From Candidatus Krumholzibacteriia bacterium (lineage in GTDB: Bacteria > Krumholzibacteriota > Krumholzibacteriia > LZORAL124-64-63), in the NCBI GenBank assembly GCA_963825035.1, contig CAWGRT010000022.1, positions 196,117-260,116 on the forward strand: a stretch of 64,000 nt of DNA. The letters run 5' to 3'. The notes below the pieces were generated by a model that was given only the letters and a program-made list of their open reading frames with translations, did not search any database and was not told the DNA's origin. Position numbers and translations under genes: made by a program. Shown piece after piece: positions 28,286 to 37,482 of this stretch (positions are counted from its first letter, which is position 1; every line of letters starts with the position of its first letter).

Positions 28286-29685
28286 GGGGTCTCCTCCGCG
28301 GGGACGGGCTCGGGGGCCGGCACCAGGCCGTCGATGGCCACCTCGGTGCCGCGGCCGCCGGACCCGGCGGGCGAACGCAGGGCGACGGTCCAGCCGTGAT
28401 CCTCCACCATCCGCCGCACGATGGCCAGCCCCAGGCCGTGGCCGTCGTCGCGGCCGGTGACGTAGGGCTTGAAGACCTCGTCCCGCAGTTCGGGCGCCAC
28501 GCCGGCGCCCTCGTCGCGCACCGCCAGCCGCACCCCGCCCACGTCCCGGGTCACGGAGACGGTCACGGCGGTGCCGGCGGGCGAGGCCTGCAGGCTGTTG
28601 AGCAGCAGGTTCACCAGGATCTGCTCCACCTGCTCGGCGTCCGCCAGCACGCGCGCGTCGTCACCGTCACAGTCCAGGCGGACACCCGCCTCGGCGAAGT
28701 CGACCGCCAGCAGCCCGCACACCCGCCGCGCCAGAGGCATCAGGTCCACGGGACGGGGCTGCGCCGAGCGCGGCCGCGCGTAGGCCAGGAACTCGCCCAG
28801 GCGGGCCGTCGCGGTGTCGGCCTGCTCCATGATGGTGGCGGCCGAGTCGCGGGCGGCCGGCGGCACGCCGTCGTCGCCGGCGATGCGCTGGGCCAGGCCG
28901 CGCACCAGCCCCAGGGGATTCTTGGTCTCGTGGGCCAGCCCCCGGGCGGCATGGCCCAGTTCGGCCAGGTGTTCGGCCCGCACCCGCGCCTCACCCAGGC
29001 GGCCCCGCAGCTCGCGATTGCGGATGGACAGGGTCCAGGCCAGGGAGAGACCCGCCAGGCAGAGCACGCCCACGGCCAGGATGGCGTTCAGACGCTTGGT
29101 GGCCTCGCCCACGTGGCGGACGTAGCCACCGGCCAGCATGCCCACGGCCAGGAGCTGGGGACGATCCCCCAGATCGAGGTCGGCCTCGGGGTCGGCGGCG
29201 CCGAAGTCGGGGTAGCGGTGTCGGGAGGGCAAGGGCGAGTCCTGCAGATGCACTTCCTCCCAGTGGACGTACTGGCCGTCCCGCAGCACGCCACCGTGGT
29301 CACCGACGGGGTCCAGCCAGCCGGGCACGTCGCCCGCGGTCAAGGTGGTGCCGTCGCCGGCGCTCAGGGAGACGAAGGTCACCTCCGTGCTGGCCACCAC
29401 ATTCTCCAGGATCATGCGGGTCTGGGGCATGTCCAGCTGGCCCCGGCGCACCTGGGCCTGGATGCTGGCCTCCACCGCGTCCGCGACGCCATGCGTGGCC
29501 TGCCGCGCCTCACGCAGGCCGAGGGCCCGGCTGCGCCCCCGTTCCGCCAGGTTCCAGGCCACCAGCAGGGCCAGCAACACCAGCCCCACGGCGACCGGCT
29601 GATGATACCAGCGCACCAGGTGGACGACGCGCTGCGGCCGGACCTTCGTCCCATCGCCGGATCCGTCGTCTGCCGGGTTCTTCAT
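28282..29685 (-). CDS. Sensor histidine kinase (periplasmic loop, HisKA, HATPase_c)
   Basis: H-box LAHETKNPL plus N/G boxes (LLNSLQA, DEGAGV, GHGLGLAIV). ATGA overlap with the RR gene. ATG at 29685 lies after GGGAGAA; an alternative start is at 29703. Confidence 0.88.
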   Translation of the reverse strand: MKNPADDGSGDGTKVRPQRVVHLVRWYHQPVAVGLVLLALLVAWNLAERGRSRALGLREARQATHGVADAVEASIQAQVRRGQLDMPQTRMILENVVASTEVTFVSLSAGDGTTLTAGDVPGWLDPVGDHGGVLRDGQYVHWEEVHLQDSPLPSRHRYPDFGAADPEADLDLGDRPQLLAVGMLAGGYVRHVGEATKRLNAILAVGVLCLAGLSLAWTLSIRNRELRGRLGEARVRAEHLAELGHAARGLAHETKNPLGLVRGLAQRIAGDDGVPPAARDSAATIMEQADTATARLGEFLAYARPRSAQPRPVDLMPLARRVCGLLAVDFAEAGVRLDCDGDDARVLADAEQVEQILVNLLLNSLQASPAGTAVTVSVTRDVGGVRLAVRDEGAGVAPELRDEVFKPYVTGRDDGHGLGLAIVRRMVEDHGWTVALRSPAGSGGRGTEVAIDGLVPAPEPVPAEETP

Positions 29686-29723
29686 GCTTGGTTCTCCCGT
29701 CATGCCCTTGGGTGGTGGCGGCT

Positions 29724-29733
29724 GGGGGGGGGG
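29724..29733. repeat. G10 homopolymer in the divergent HK / transposase-like intergenic region
   Basis: Ten consecutive G residues, read directly from the sequence. Confidence 0.9.
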
Positions 29734-29751
29734 CGCCGGCGCGATCATAAC

Positions 29752-30912
29752 ATGGGGGAAACCGTGACCGATCCGCAACCTGTCGGTTGTGCCCCGCAGA
29801 TTGTGTCCGGCCCGGTCCCTGCGACCGGGCCGGGTATGTTCACCCCCAAACAGCAACATCCAGCCTGGCGCCCACCCTTCTGCCCCAACCCCAACTGCCC
29901 ATACCACAGGCAGTTGACCGCCGGCTGGCGCTACAAGAAGTCCGGATTCTTCCGGAGACAGGCCCGCCCCCACCGTATCCAGCGGTTCACATGCCTCCAC
30001 TGCAGGAAGTCTTTCAGCACCCAGACTTTCTCCACCACCTACTGGCAGCGGAAGCCCGAACTCGACGCGCTGATCCTCACCAAGACCGTCGGCTGCATGG
30101 CCAACCGCCAGCTTGCGCGGGACCTGGGCGTCGCGCCGGCGACCATCGACCGGCGGCTGTCACGGCTCGGCCGTCACTGCATGCACTTGCACGCCTTGCA
30201 CATGCAGTCGGCGCCGCCGGCGTCGCAGATCGTGATCGACGGCTTCGTCACCTTCGAGCGCTCCCAGTACCAGCCGTTCCATCACCACGTGGCCGTCGAG
30301 AAGGACACCGACTTCTTCCTCTACTTCACCGACAGCGAGGTGCGGCGCAGCGGCACGATGACTCCCGCGCAGAAGAGACGTCGCGCCGAGCTCGAGCAGT
30401 TGTATGGCCGTCCCGATCCGCAGGCGGTGCGCAAGGACGTGCGCGAGTTGCTGGAGGTCGTGATCGGTCGCCAACCGGAGGTGACGATCTACAGCGACGA
30501 CCACAAGGCCTATCTCCGGGCGATGCGGGGTCTGGCGCCGCATATCCATCACCAGGTGACGTCGAGCAAGGAGCGGCGTGACAACCGCAACCCGTTGTGG
30601 GAGGTGAACCTGTTGGATCTGCTGATCCGGCACTGCAGCGCCAACCACAAGCGGGAGACGATCGCCTGGTCGAAGCGACGGCAGTGCAGCGCCGAGCGGC
30701 TGGCGATCTTTCTGGTGTGGCGGAACTACATGAAGGGTCGGCGGGAGAAGCAGCGGGGGAGTCCGACGCCGGCGATGGCGCGGGGGATGGTGGATCGGCC
30801 GCTGACTGTTGGCGATGTGCTGGCGGAGAGGATCTTCCCCGACCACGTCCCGTTGCCGCCGCGGTGGACGGAGTATCGCGACCGGGCCGTCGCCACCCGT
30901 TGCGTTGGTTGA
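29752..30912 (+). CDS. IS1/IS1595-like DDE transposase homolog with N-terminal zinc ribbon (element ends not identified)
   Basis: It has CPNPNCPYH...CLHCRKSF, an HTH-like segment (ANRQLARDLGVAPATIDRRL) and DDE-like landmarks (IVIDGF, YSDDHKAY, NPLWEVNLLDLLIRH). An alternative ATG is at 29836. The listed 838 aa ORF is over-extended antisense to the HK. Confidence 0.55.
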   Translation: MGETVTDPQPVGCAPQIVSGPVPATGPGMFTPKQQHPAWRPPFCPNPNCPYHRQLTAGWRYKKSGFFRRQARPHRIQRFTCLHCRKSFSTQTFSTTYWQRKPELDALILTKTVGCMANRQLARDLGVAPATIDRRLSRLGRHCMHLHALHMQSAPPASQIVIDGFVTFERSQYQPFHHHVAVEKDTDFFLYFTDSEVRRSGTMTPAQKRRRAELEQLYGRPDPQAVRKDVRELLEVVIGRQPEVTIYSDDHKAYLRAMRGLAPHIHHQVTSSKERRDNRNPLWEVNLLDLLIRHCSANHKRETIAWSKRRQCSAERLAIFLVWRNYMKGRREKQRGSPTPAMARGMVDRPLTVGDVLAERIFPDHVPLPPRWTEYRDRAVATRCVG

Positions 30913-30985
30913 CCAGCGCGGCGCCGCCGAACCAATGGATGAGTCGTGGTATCGTGAACCGACCAACACAAACGGCAAGCGAGAA

Positions 30986-31014
30986 CCGGCCCGCGGTGTT
31001 CGACCGCGGGCCGG
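30986..31014. terminator. Bidirectional terminator hairpin between convergent genes
   Basis: 12-bp stem CCGGCCCGCGGT / ACCGCGGGCCGG with a 5-nt loop. Confidence 0.6.
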
Positions 31015-31052
31015 CAACAATCATCGAGGCACAACGGAAGGGCCACGTGGGC

Positions 31053-31994
31053 CTACCGGTACGTCGCCTTCACGTCGCTGAACGACCGGTTCACCGTAGG
31101 CACCGCCCCACCCGTGGACGCGAAGTCCAGGGTATAGGTGCCGCAGGAGTCCGCGCCCCAGGAGTCGACCACCAGGTAGACGACCATGTCGGAGCCCGAG
31201 TCGTTGGCGTAGGCCAGGGTCTCGGTCTCGCCGTCGAGGGTGTTGTCGGCGTAGGCCAGGCAGTTGAAGGGGCCGGTGCACGAGTCCAGCAGCCACAGGG
31301 CGCCGTCGGCCACGGCGTAGGTGACGTCGGCGGTGAAGCTGCTGCCGGCCGGCAGGAGGATCTCGTAGTAGGCCTCCAGGCCGTCCTCGGCGAAGTCGCC
31401 GCAGTCCAGGGACGAGAAGTTGTTGATGCCGCCGCAGGTGTCGCCCGTGAAGTGGGTGCCGTACACGTCCTCGACCGCGCTGCAGTAGGGGTCGGGCTCC
31501 ACCGGCGTCACGGTGTTGATCTCGAAGGTGAACGGGCAGCCGGCACCGCCGAAACCGTCCACCACGAAGTAGAAGTCCCCGGACACGGGCACGTTGGTCA
31601 CCACGCCCGCATCGACGACGATCAGGCAGCCGAGGTCCTCGTCGCACTGGTCGAGCACGGCCAGGTCCAGGTCACACCCGCTGCCGGTGAGGGTCCCCTC
31701 GAACATGGCGGGCGTGTCCAGGTACAGGTGGTAGACCACCTCGCCGCCGGACTCGTCCCAGGTGGAGCAGCCGTACATGGACACGTTGTCGGGCAGACCC
31801 GTGTTGTCCCCGTAGTAGATGTTGTCCAAGGTGATCTCGATGGCACCCGAGCAGTCGAGGGTACCCTTGTCGGGCGTGCCGGCCTGCTTGGTCGGCGGCT
31901 GCTTCGCGATGCTGCGGAACGGGCCGCCATCGGCGGCGAAGGCGGTGCCGGCCACGAGGCTCAGCGCGATAAGGACGATGATCATTTTCTTCAT
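31053..31994 (-). CDS. Secreted Cys-rich protein with two tandem PPC-like (pre-peptidase C-terminal-like) beta domains
   Basis: Signal peptide MKKMIIVLIALSLVAGTAFA. Two internally similar halves each end in a ...VVDGFGGAGCPFTFEI / ...VVDSWGADSCGTYTLDF type motif. 14 Cys in total. Confidence 0.7.
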   Translation of the reverse strand: MKKMIIVLIALSLVAGTAFAADGGPFRSIAKQPPTKQAGTPDKGTLDCSGAIEITLDNIYYGDNTGLPDNVSMYGCSTWDESGGEVVYHLYLDTPAMFEGTLTGSGCDLDLAVLDQCDEDLGCLIVVDAGVVTNVPVSGDFYFVVDGFGGAGCPFTFEINTVTPVEPDPYCSAVEDVYGTHFTGDTCGGINNFSSLDCGDFAEDGLEAYYEILLPAGSSFTADVTYAVADGALWLLDSCTGPFNCLAYADNTLDGETETLAYANDSGSDMVVYLVVDSWGADSCGTYTLDFASTGGAVPTVNRSFSDVKATYR

Positions 31995-32539
31995 GGGATC
32001 CCCCCAAGTGAGGAGACGGCCGGGCTATCGACCCGCTCCGCTCCGATCGATGCAGGACATCGCCGGCGCCGCACCCGCGGCGCCCACGCGACTCCTGCCG
32101 CTGGTCCGTCGGCGGCCGGTCGCCGTGGCGCCCGGTCCGCCTGGAACCCTTGCTGGAGGAACTCTACCAACTGGGCCCACTCACCGGCGATGAGAAAATA
32201 TCAAAATCATGGGGGCGGCCCCCGGCGGCGGGCGGCCGGCGGGAGGGCGCGCCACCCGGGGGCGGGCAGGCGAAGGTCGCAGGCGTCGCGAACGCGGCCT
32301 TCCTGGAGGTTACATATAGAAAATACAACGCGATACAATCAATGACAACGCCACAACCATCACGCCGGGCGGGTGGTTTTGCGACAGAAATGACATGGTA
32401 CTTGACCAGACAGGTCCATTTGCGCGGTCACAAGACGTGACCGGGAAGCGGAAAACCTCGTTTGTGCAATATTATAATAAAACAAATATGGCCGGGGCGA
32501 GCGGGGCCACCGACCCACCCCGCGTCGGCCGGCGCGTCG

Positions 32540-33535
32540 TCACCGCGCCGGAACCGCCGGGAAGACGATCGCCCAGCACCGCTGCATGCTGACCTCCCAG
32601 GCACCGGCCCGGTCGTCGCAGAGCTTTCCCAGGGAGCCCGGTTTGCCGTAGGCGTACTCCCGGTCGCCGTCGTCGTGGTGGATCCACAGGGCCAGGCCGC
32701 GGTGGGCGCCGGTCAGGGCGTAGCGGCACATGGGCTCGTCGTTGTTGCTGTTGCCGGCGGCGAAGACGGGCCGGCGGCCGATGCGCACCTCGATGTTCTC
32801 GGGTTTGCGCTCGTGGCCGTTGTCCACCTGCTCCGCGCCGCGCACCAGGGTGACCGAGCCGTCCTTCTCCACCCGGTAGACCGGCGGCGTGGTGGTGCCG
32901 ATGACGTGCTCGGGCGGGACGCCCAGCACGGGCTCGCAATAGCTGCGCACGAAGTCCTGGTTGCCGCCGGTGACGATCCAAACCTGGAAGTCGTGGTCCC
33001 GCAGCGCATCCATGAGCTGGAGCATGGGCGCGTAGTAGAGACGGTCGTAGGTGACGCCGTAGCGCGGGTGCGTCGTGCGCGCCAGCCAAGCCCGCGCCGA
33101 GTCGCGGAACGCGACCACGGGCATGCCCGCGAAGGCGGCGTTCAGCTCGGCGTAGGCCTTGCCCCAGCCGTACTCGCGCAGGGCACGGTGGTCCTCGGCG
33201 AACCAGGCGGAAAACGGCATGGCCGAGCCGTCGATGACGCCCCGGGCCGCGAGGCCCCGGGCCAGATCCGATCGGAACCGGGCCGGCGGATCCTCGGGCC
33301 GTTCGCACCAGGAGGTGCCGTCGTTGTCGAGGACGGCGATGCGCTCGGGTACGGGGATGAAGTCGGGACTGTCCGGATCCGTGACCGCCTCCAGCCAGAC
33401 GAGGATGGCCGTCTTGACCTCGCCGTCGCGCCAGGCGGGCAGGGGGTCGGCGGCCGGCGCGGCGGCCGGCTGGGCCGCGGCGGCCGCGGCCGCCAGCAGC
33501 ACGATGAGCACGAGGATGATTCGCAGCTTGCGCAC
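32540..33535 (-). CDS. Exported HAD-superfamily hydrolase (phosphatase-like)
   Basis: GTG start after GGGAGGGG, followed by a signal peptide. HAD motifs I (VLDNDGT) and IV (GNSNNDEPM) are present. Confidence 0.75.
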   Translation of the reverse strand: MRKLRIILVLIVLLAAAAAAAQPAAAPAADPLPAWRDGEVKTAILVWLEAVTDPDSPDFIPVPERIAVLDNDGTSWCERPEDPPARFRSDLARGLAARGVIDGSAMPFSAWFAEDHRALREYGWGKAYAELNAAFAGMPVVAFRDSARAWLARTTHPRYGVTYDRLYYAPMLQLMDALRDHDFQVWIVTGGNQDFVRSYCEPVLGVPPEHVIGTTTPPVYRVEKDGSVTLVRGAEQVDNGHERKPENIEVRIGRRPVFAAGNSNNDEPMCRYALTGAHRGLALWIHHDDGDREYAYGKPGSLGKLCDDRAGAWEVSMQRCWAIVFPAVPAR

Positions 33536-33572
33536 GTCAGGCCCCTCCCGATTCCCGGATTCCCACGGCGGA

Positions 33573-34478
33573 TCAGGTGGTGACGCGGGGTCGCTCCCGC
33601 CGCCCCTGCCACCACAGCCCGCCCACGATCAGCACCAGACCCGCCACGGTGGCGGGCACGATCCGCTCGCCCAGGACGAAGCGGATGAACAGCAACGAAA
33701 GGAACGGCGACAGGAAGATCAAGTTGGCCACCTTGGCCGTGGCCGACGCCGTCTTCATGGCCATGAGCCACAGCACGAAGGTGAAGCCCATCTCGAAGCA
33801 GCCCACGTAGGCTCCCGCCAGCAGCCCCACCCGGGTCAGGTGAAGGTCGCTGAACAGGAGCGTGGTCGCCAGCGTGAACGGCAGCGCGGCGACGAAGCCC
33901 ACGAACAGCCCGGCCACCGGCTCCAGCTCGCTCTTCCGGTTCCCGATCCAGTACAGGGCCCACACGATGGTGCTGCCCAGGGCCAGGCCCACCCCCAGGG
34001 GCGAGTCGACGTGGAAACCCGTCAGGTCGCCCCGCGTGGAGATGATCACCACCCCCGCGTAGCAGACGATGCCCGCCACCGCGTCCCGCAACCGCAGCTT
34101 CTGTCCCAGCAGCGGCACCGACAGCCAGGCCAGGGTCAGCGCCCAGGTGTAGTTGAGCGGCTGGGCCACCTGGGCGGGCAGCCGGTCGTAGGCCTGGAAG
34201 AGGATCACGTAGTAGACGAAGGGATTGAGCAGGCCCAGGCCGGCCGCCGACAGGAGCCGGCGCGGCGTCGCCGTCCGCAGGGACCGCCAGCTCCCGCGGG
34301 CGGGCATGACCACGGCCAGAGCCAGGATGGACACGGCGTTGGCCACCAGCAGCAGCTGCAGCGGGTCCAGGTGGCGCAGGGCCAGCTTGAAGGCGGTGGC
34401 CACCGTGGACCAGGTCAGCACGGCGGCCAGGCCGTAGATGACCGCGCGGCGGTCGTTGGTCACGGGCTGGGCGGTCAT
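33573..34478 (-). CDS. EamA/DMT-family transporter
   Basis: 301 aa with about 10 TM helices and two EamA-like halves. Confidence 0.85.
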   Translation of the reverse strand: MTAQPVTNDRRAVIYGLAAVLTWSTVATAFKLALRHLDPLQLLLVANAVSILALAVVMPARGSWRSLRTATPRRLLSAAGLGLLNPFVYYVILFQAYDRLPAQVAQPLNYTWALTLAWLSVPLLGQKLRLRDAVAGIVCYAGVVIISTRGDLTGFHVDSPLGVGLALGSTIVWALYWIGNRKSELEPVAGLFVGFVAALPFTLATTLLFSDLHLTRVGLLAGAYVGCFEMGFTFVLWLMAMKTASATAKVANLIFLSPFLSLLFIRFVLGERIVPATVAGLVLIVGGLWWQGRRERPRVTT

Positions 34479-34603
34479 GGGCGGAAGTGTAGCCTGCGGC
34501 CGGGGCGCGGACCAGCGGCTTCGCGCCGGTTGACCGGCGGGACGGCCGACCGTATCGTCGAAGGGCGAACCCGCCCCCTGGCCCGATCCCGGAGATGTCG
34601 CCC

Positions 34604-35302
34604 ATGCGCCGATCCGTCCTTTGCCTCGGCCTGGCCGTCCTGCTGGCCGCGGCCTGCCTGCCCGTCCCGTCGGTGGCCGCCGCCGGCGACGATCGCTTCC
34701 CCGAGCGCTCGCCCTGGGTGCTGGACCTGGAGATCGGCTGGGCCAAGATGGCCATGGGCCAGATCAACGACGCCGTGGCCGTGATCAACGAGGGCTACCA
34801 CTCCACCTACGGCGACCTGAAGGAGATCAACGGCGGCGTGGACTTCGGCGCGGCCGTGGGCCGGCGGCTGGGCCCATCCCTGACCGCGGGCCTGAAGTTC
34901 ACCCGCCTGGATGCCTCCACCGACCTGCCCGACCCCATCGGCGCCATCGAGTACAACGTGGGCGCCAACGTCTGGAGCGCCTTCGTGCACTGGATCCCGC
35001 CCATGGAGGGCGGCGTGGCCTGGGGCGCGGGGCTGGACCTGGGCGTGATCTCGACCACGGGGTCGATCGATCTGGCGATCCCGTCGGTGGGCGTGGAGTC
35101 GGGCGGGCTGGACGGCTCGGCCCCGGCGGCGGCCGGCTACCTGATCATGGACTTCGCCGGCACGCGCACCGTGTCGCTCCAGGGCCAGGTGGGGTACCGG
35201 CAAGCCAAGATCACGGACCTGAAGGTGGCGGGGGCGACGACGGACGGGGAGCTGGATTATTCGGGGTTCTTCTTCCGGGCGGCGTTTCTCCTTCATCCGT
35301 AG
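34604..35302 (+). CDS. Putative outer-membrane beta-barrel protein
   Basis: It has a signal peptide and alternating beta-strand pattern, and the aromatic-rich C-terminus reads FFFRAAFLLHP. The ATG at 34604 has a better RBS spacing than the one at 34595. Confidence 0.6.
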   Translation: MRRSVLCLGLAVLLAAACLPVPSVAAAGDDRFPERSPWVLDLEIGWAKMAMGQINDAVAVINEGYHSTYGDLKEINGGVDFGAAVGRRLGPSLTAGLKFTRLDASTDLPDPIGAIEYNVGANVWSAFVHWIPPMEGGVAWGAGLDLGVISTTGSIDLAIPSVGVESGGLDGSAPAAAGYLIMDFAGTRTVSLQGQVGYRQAKITDLKVAGATTDGELDYSGFFFRAAFLLHP

Positions 35303-35331
35303 CGGGGGGACGGAGAGAGGCGCAAGGGGTG

Positions 35332-35805
35332 CTACTCGAAGGCCGCGACGTCCCGCTGTGCCGCATCCTCCATCCGCCAGGTCACCCGCTGCAGGTAGAT
35401 GACCCACGCCAGCGCCACCAGGTTGAGGCCGACGGCGGGATCCGGCCGTCCCATCAGGATGAGGGTGGCGCCCGCCCCCCAATTCCAGTTCAGGTTGAGG
35501 GCATGGCCGATCGTCGCGGACAGGTCGAGGCCGGCGAAGAGCTTGTAGCTGATCGGCGCCGTGACGATGACGGGCACCTGGAACGCCTGGGCCTTCAGCG
35601 AGAGATGGGCGCCTCGCGGATTCCCTTCCAGGGTCTGCACGCCCGCGATCAGGCTCAGCGTGCTGATCGCCGTCACCAGGGCCACGATCAGGAACCGCCA
35701 GGCCCCGATGTTCGTGGCCATCACGGCGCCGTACACGGTGGCGACGCCCGCGCCGGCGGCGGCTATCTGGTAGGCCCCCAACAGCCTGCGACCCGCGTCT
35801 CCCAT
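35332..35805 (-). CDS. Hypothetical 4-TM membrane protein
   Basis: The high-GC3 part of the listed 310 aa ORF begins at MGDAGRRLL, after AAGGGGGG. The upstream part overlaps the divergent MBL gene region. Confidence 0.5.
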   Translation of the reverse strand: MGDAGRRLLGAYQIAAAGAGVATVYGAVMATNIGAWRFLIVALVTAISTLSLIAGVQTLEGNPRGAHLSLKAQAFQVPVIVTAPISYKLFAGLDLSATIGHALNLNWNWGAGATLILMGRPDPAVGLNLVALAWVIYLQRVTWRMEDAAQRDVAAFE

Positions 35806-35977
35806 GGCCATACCCCCCTTGTGCTCGATTCCACAGACATTCGCGATAGTAGCACATGGCGGGGCCGGGCGACGGCAACCCCGGCGCAATGAATGCGTAT
35901 TATCACCCTCCGCGGCCGCATCCGCACCCCACGACACCCCCGACACGGACCTGGCCGCCCACCGAGGAGGAGACGCC

Positions 35978-37420
35978 ATGAAAGCGTTCGCGTCCGTGTT
36001 GTTGGGCCTGGGGTTGCTGTTCGTCGGCACCGGGGCTTCGGCCGAGACCGTGGCCGGCCTGCCCGTCCACATCCACAAATTCGATTCGGGAGCCGTCCGC
36101 GTGTGGATCGGGGACCATGTCTCCTCCACCGGGACGGTGGCGTTCGCCACGAGCAAGGGGATCGTCGTCATCGACACGACGGGCGATCCGGCCGTGGACC
36201 GTGAGCTGCGGCGCATCGTCGCCCGCGAGCTGGGCCGCGACGACTTCGCGGTGCTCATCAACACCCACGAGCACGACGATCACACCGGCGGCAACGCCGT
36301 GTACGCCGACTGCGAGATCGTCGGGCACGAGCTGGTGACCGCGGGCATGGAGGCGATCTCCCGCGAGCAGCCGCGGATGATCGCGTGGGGCACGCGGCGG
36401 GTGGCCGAGCTGGAGCAGCAGGTGGCGGGGCTGGCGGCGGACGACGCGGACGGGCCCAGGCTGCGCGAGGAGTTGGCGGTGACCAAGCTGCGGCTGGCCG
36501 CGAGCCGGAACGCCGGCCTGCCGGTGCCGCCCACGCGGACCTTCGCCGACCGCCTGACGCTGGACATGGGCGACACCCGGTTCGAGCTGTCGTACATCGG
36601 CGGCATGCACTCGTCCAGCGACATCGCCGTGCTGGTGCCGGAGCACAGGATGCTGCTGACCGGCGACACCATGGCCGACGTCTGGTTGACCCAGACGCCG
36701 GGCTGCCTGGCCTCGTTCATGGCGCGGCCGGGCGTCGTCCACGACTTCCCGCGGCTGCTGAGGAACTGGCACGCGCTGCTGGACCGCCGCGACGAGGTCA
36801 CGACCCTGGTCACCGGCCACTGGAACGGCGAACTGACCTGGGACGGGTTCGCGAAGCGGGTGGACTACGTGCAGGCGCTGTGGGACGGGGTGCGGCAGGG
36901 CGCGGACGCGGGGCTGTCCCTGGAAGCCGTGCAGGCGCAGTTCGCGCTGGCCGAGCGGTTCCCGGGGCTGGTGGAGGCACGGGGGTTCGAGCCGCGGTTC
37001 AACGTCGGGACCATCCGCGAGATGTGGACGTCCGTGACGGGGCAGCGGTCGGCCGCCGACGCGCTGGCGGCGCTGATGGCGGACGAGGCCGGGTTCCTGG
37101 CCGAGTTGGCGCGCGTGCAGGACGGAGCGGCGGAGTACTTCCGCGACGAGGCCTCGCTCAACGGGCTGGGTTACCGGCTGCTGAACGAGGAGAAGGTGCC
37201 GCTGGCGGTGGCGGTGTTCCGGGCCAACGCCGGGTTCTACCCGGGGTCGTGGAACGTGTACGACAGCCTGGCCGAGGCGCTGCTGCGGGCCGGCGACCGC
37301 GCCGGGGCGATCGCCAACTACGAGCGGTCGGTGCAGATGAACCCGGAGAACGCCAACGGGGTGCAGGCGCTGGAGAGGATCCGCAGCGCCGGGGCGGGGG
37401 GCGACACCGGGCGGATCTAG
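35978..37420 (+). CDS. Exported MBL-fold metallo-hydrolase with C-terminal TPR region
   Basis: GAGGAGGAG RBS, a signal peptide, the HEHDDHTGGN (HxHxDH) motif and C-terminal TPR-like repeats. Confidence 0.85.
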   Translation: MKAFASVLLGLGLLFVGTGASAETVAGLPVHIHKFDSGAVRVWIGDHVSSTGTVAFATSKGIVVIDTTGDPAVDRELRRIVARELGRDDFAVLINTHEHDDHTGGNAVYADCEIVGHELVTAGMEAISREQPRMIAWGTRRVAELEQQVAGLAADDADGPRLREELAVTKLRLAASRNAGLPVPPTRTFADRLTLDMGDTRFELSYIGGMHSSSDIAVLVPEHRMLLTGDTMADVWLTQTPGCLASFMARPGVVHDFPRLLRNWHALLDRRDEVTTLVTGHWNGELTWDGFAKRVDYVQALWDGVRQGADAGLSLEAVQAQFALAERFPGLVEARGFEPRFNVGTIREMWTSVTGQRSAADALAALMADEAGFLAELARVQDGAAEYFRDEASLNGLGYRLLNEEKVPLAVAVFRANAGFYPGSWNVYDSLAEALLRAGDRAGAIANYERSVQMNPENANGVQALERIRSAGAGGDTGRI

Positions 37421-37452
37421 TCCGCCGAACGACACTCGGAACACGCGTGCTA

Positions 37453-37482
37453 GGCGCCGCCGCGGGTGACGGCGGCGGCGCC
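37453..37482. terminator. Hairpin between convergent genes
   Basis: GGCGCCGCCG / CGGCGGCGCC 10-bp stem. It abuts the stop of the minus-strand gene. Confidence 0.5.

Noticed and set aside
28396-29751. N-terminal 452 aa of the listed 838 aa plus-strand ORF
   Set aside because: This part is antisense to the histidine kinase gene and low-complexity. The recognisable transposase-like protein starts at the ATG at 29752 (or 29836).
32150-32440. 96 aa plus-strand ORF in the long intergenic region
   Set aside because: It is a mix of Gly/Pro/Arg-rich and AT-rich segments with no RBS or motif. It runs antisense to the expected 5' UTR.
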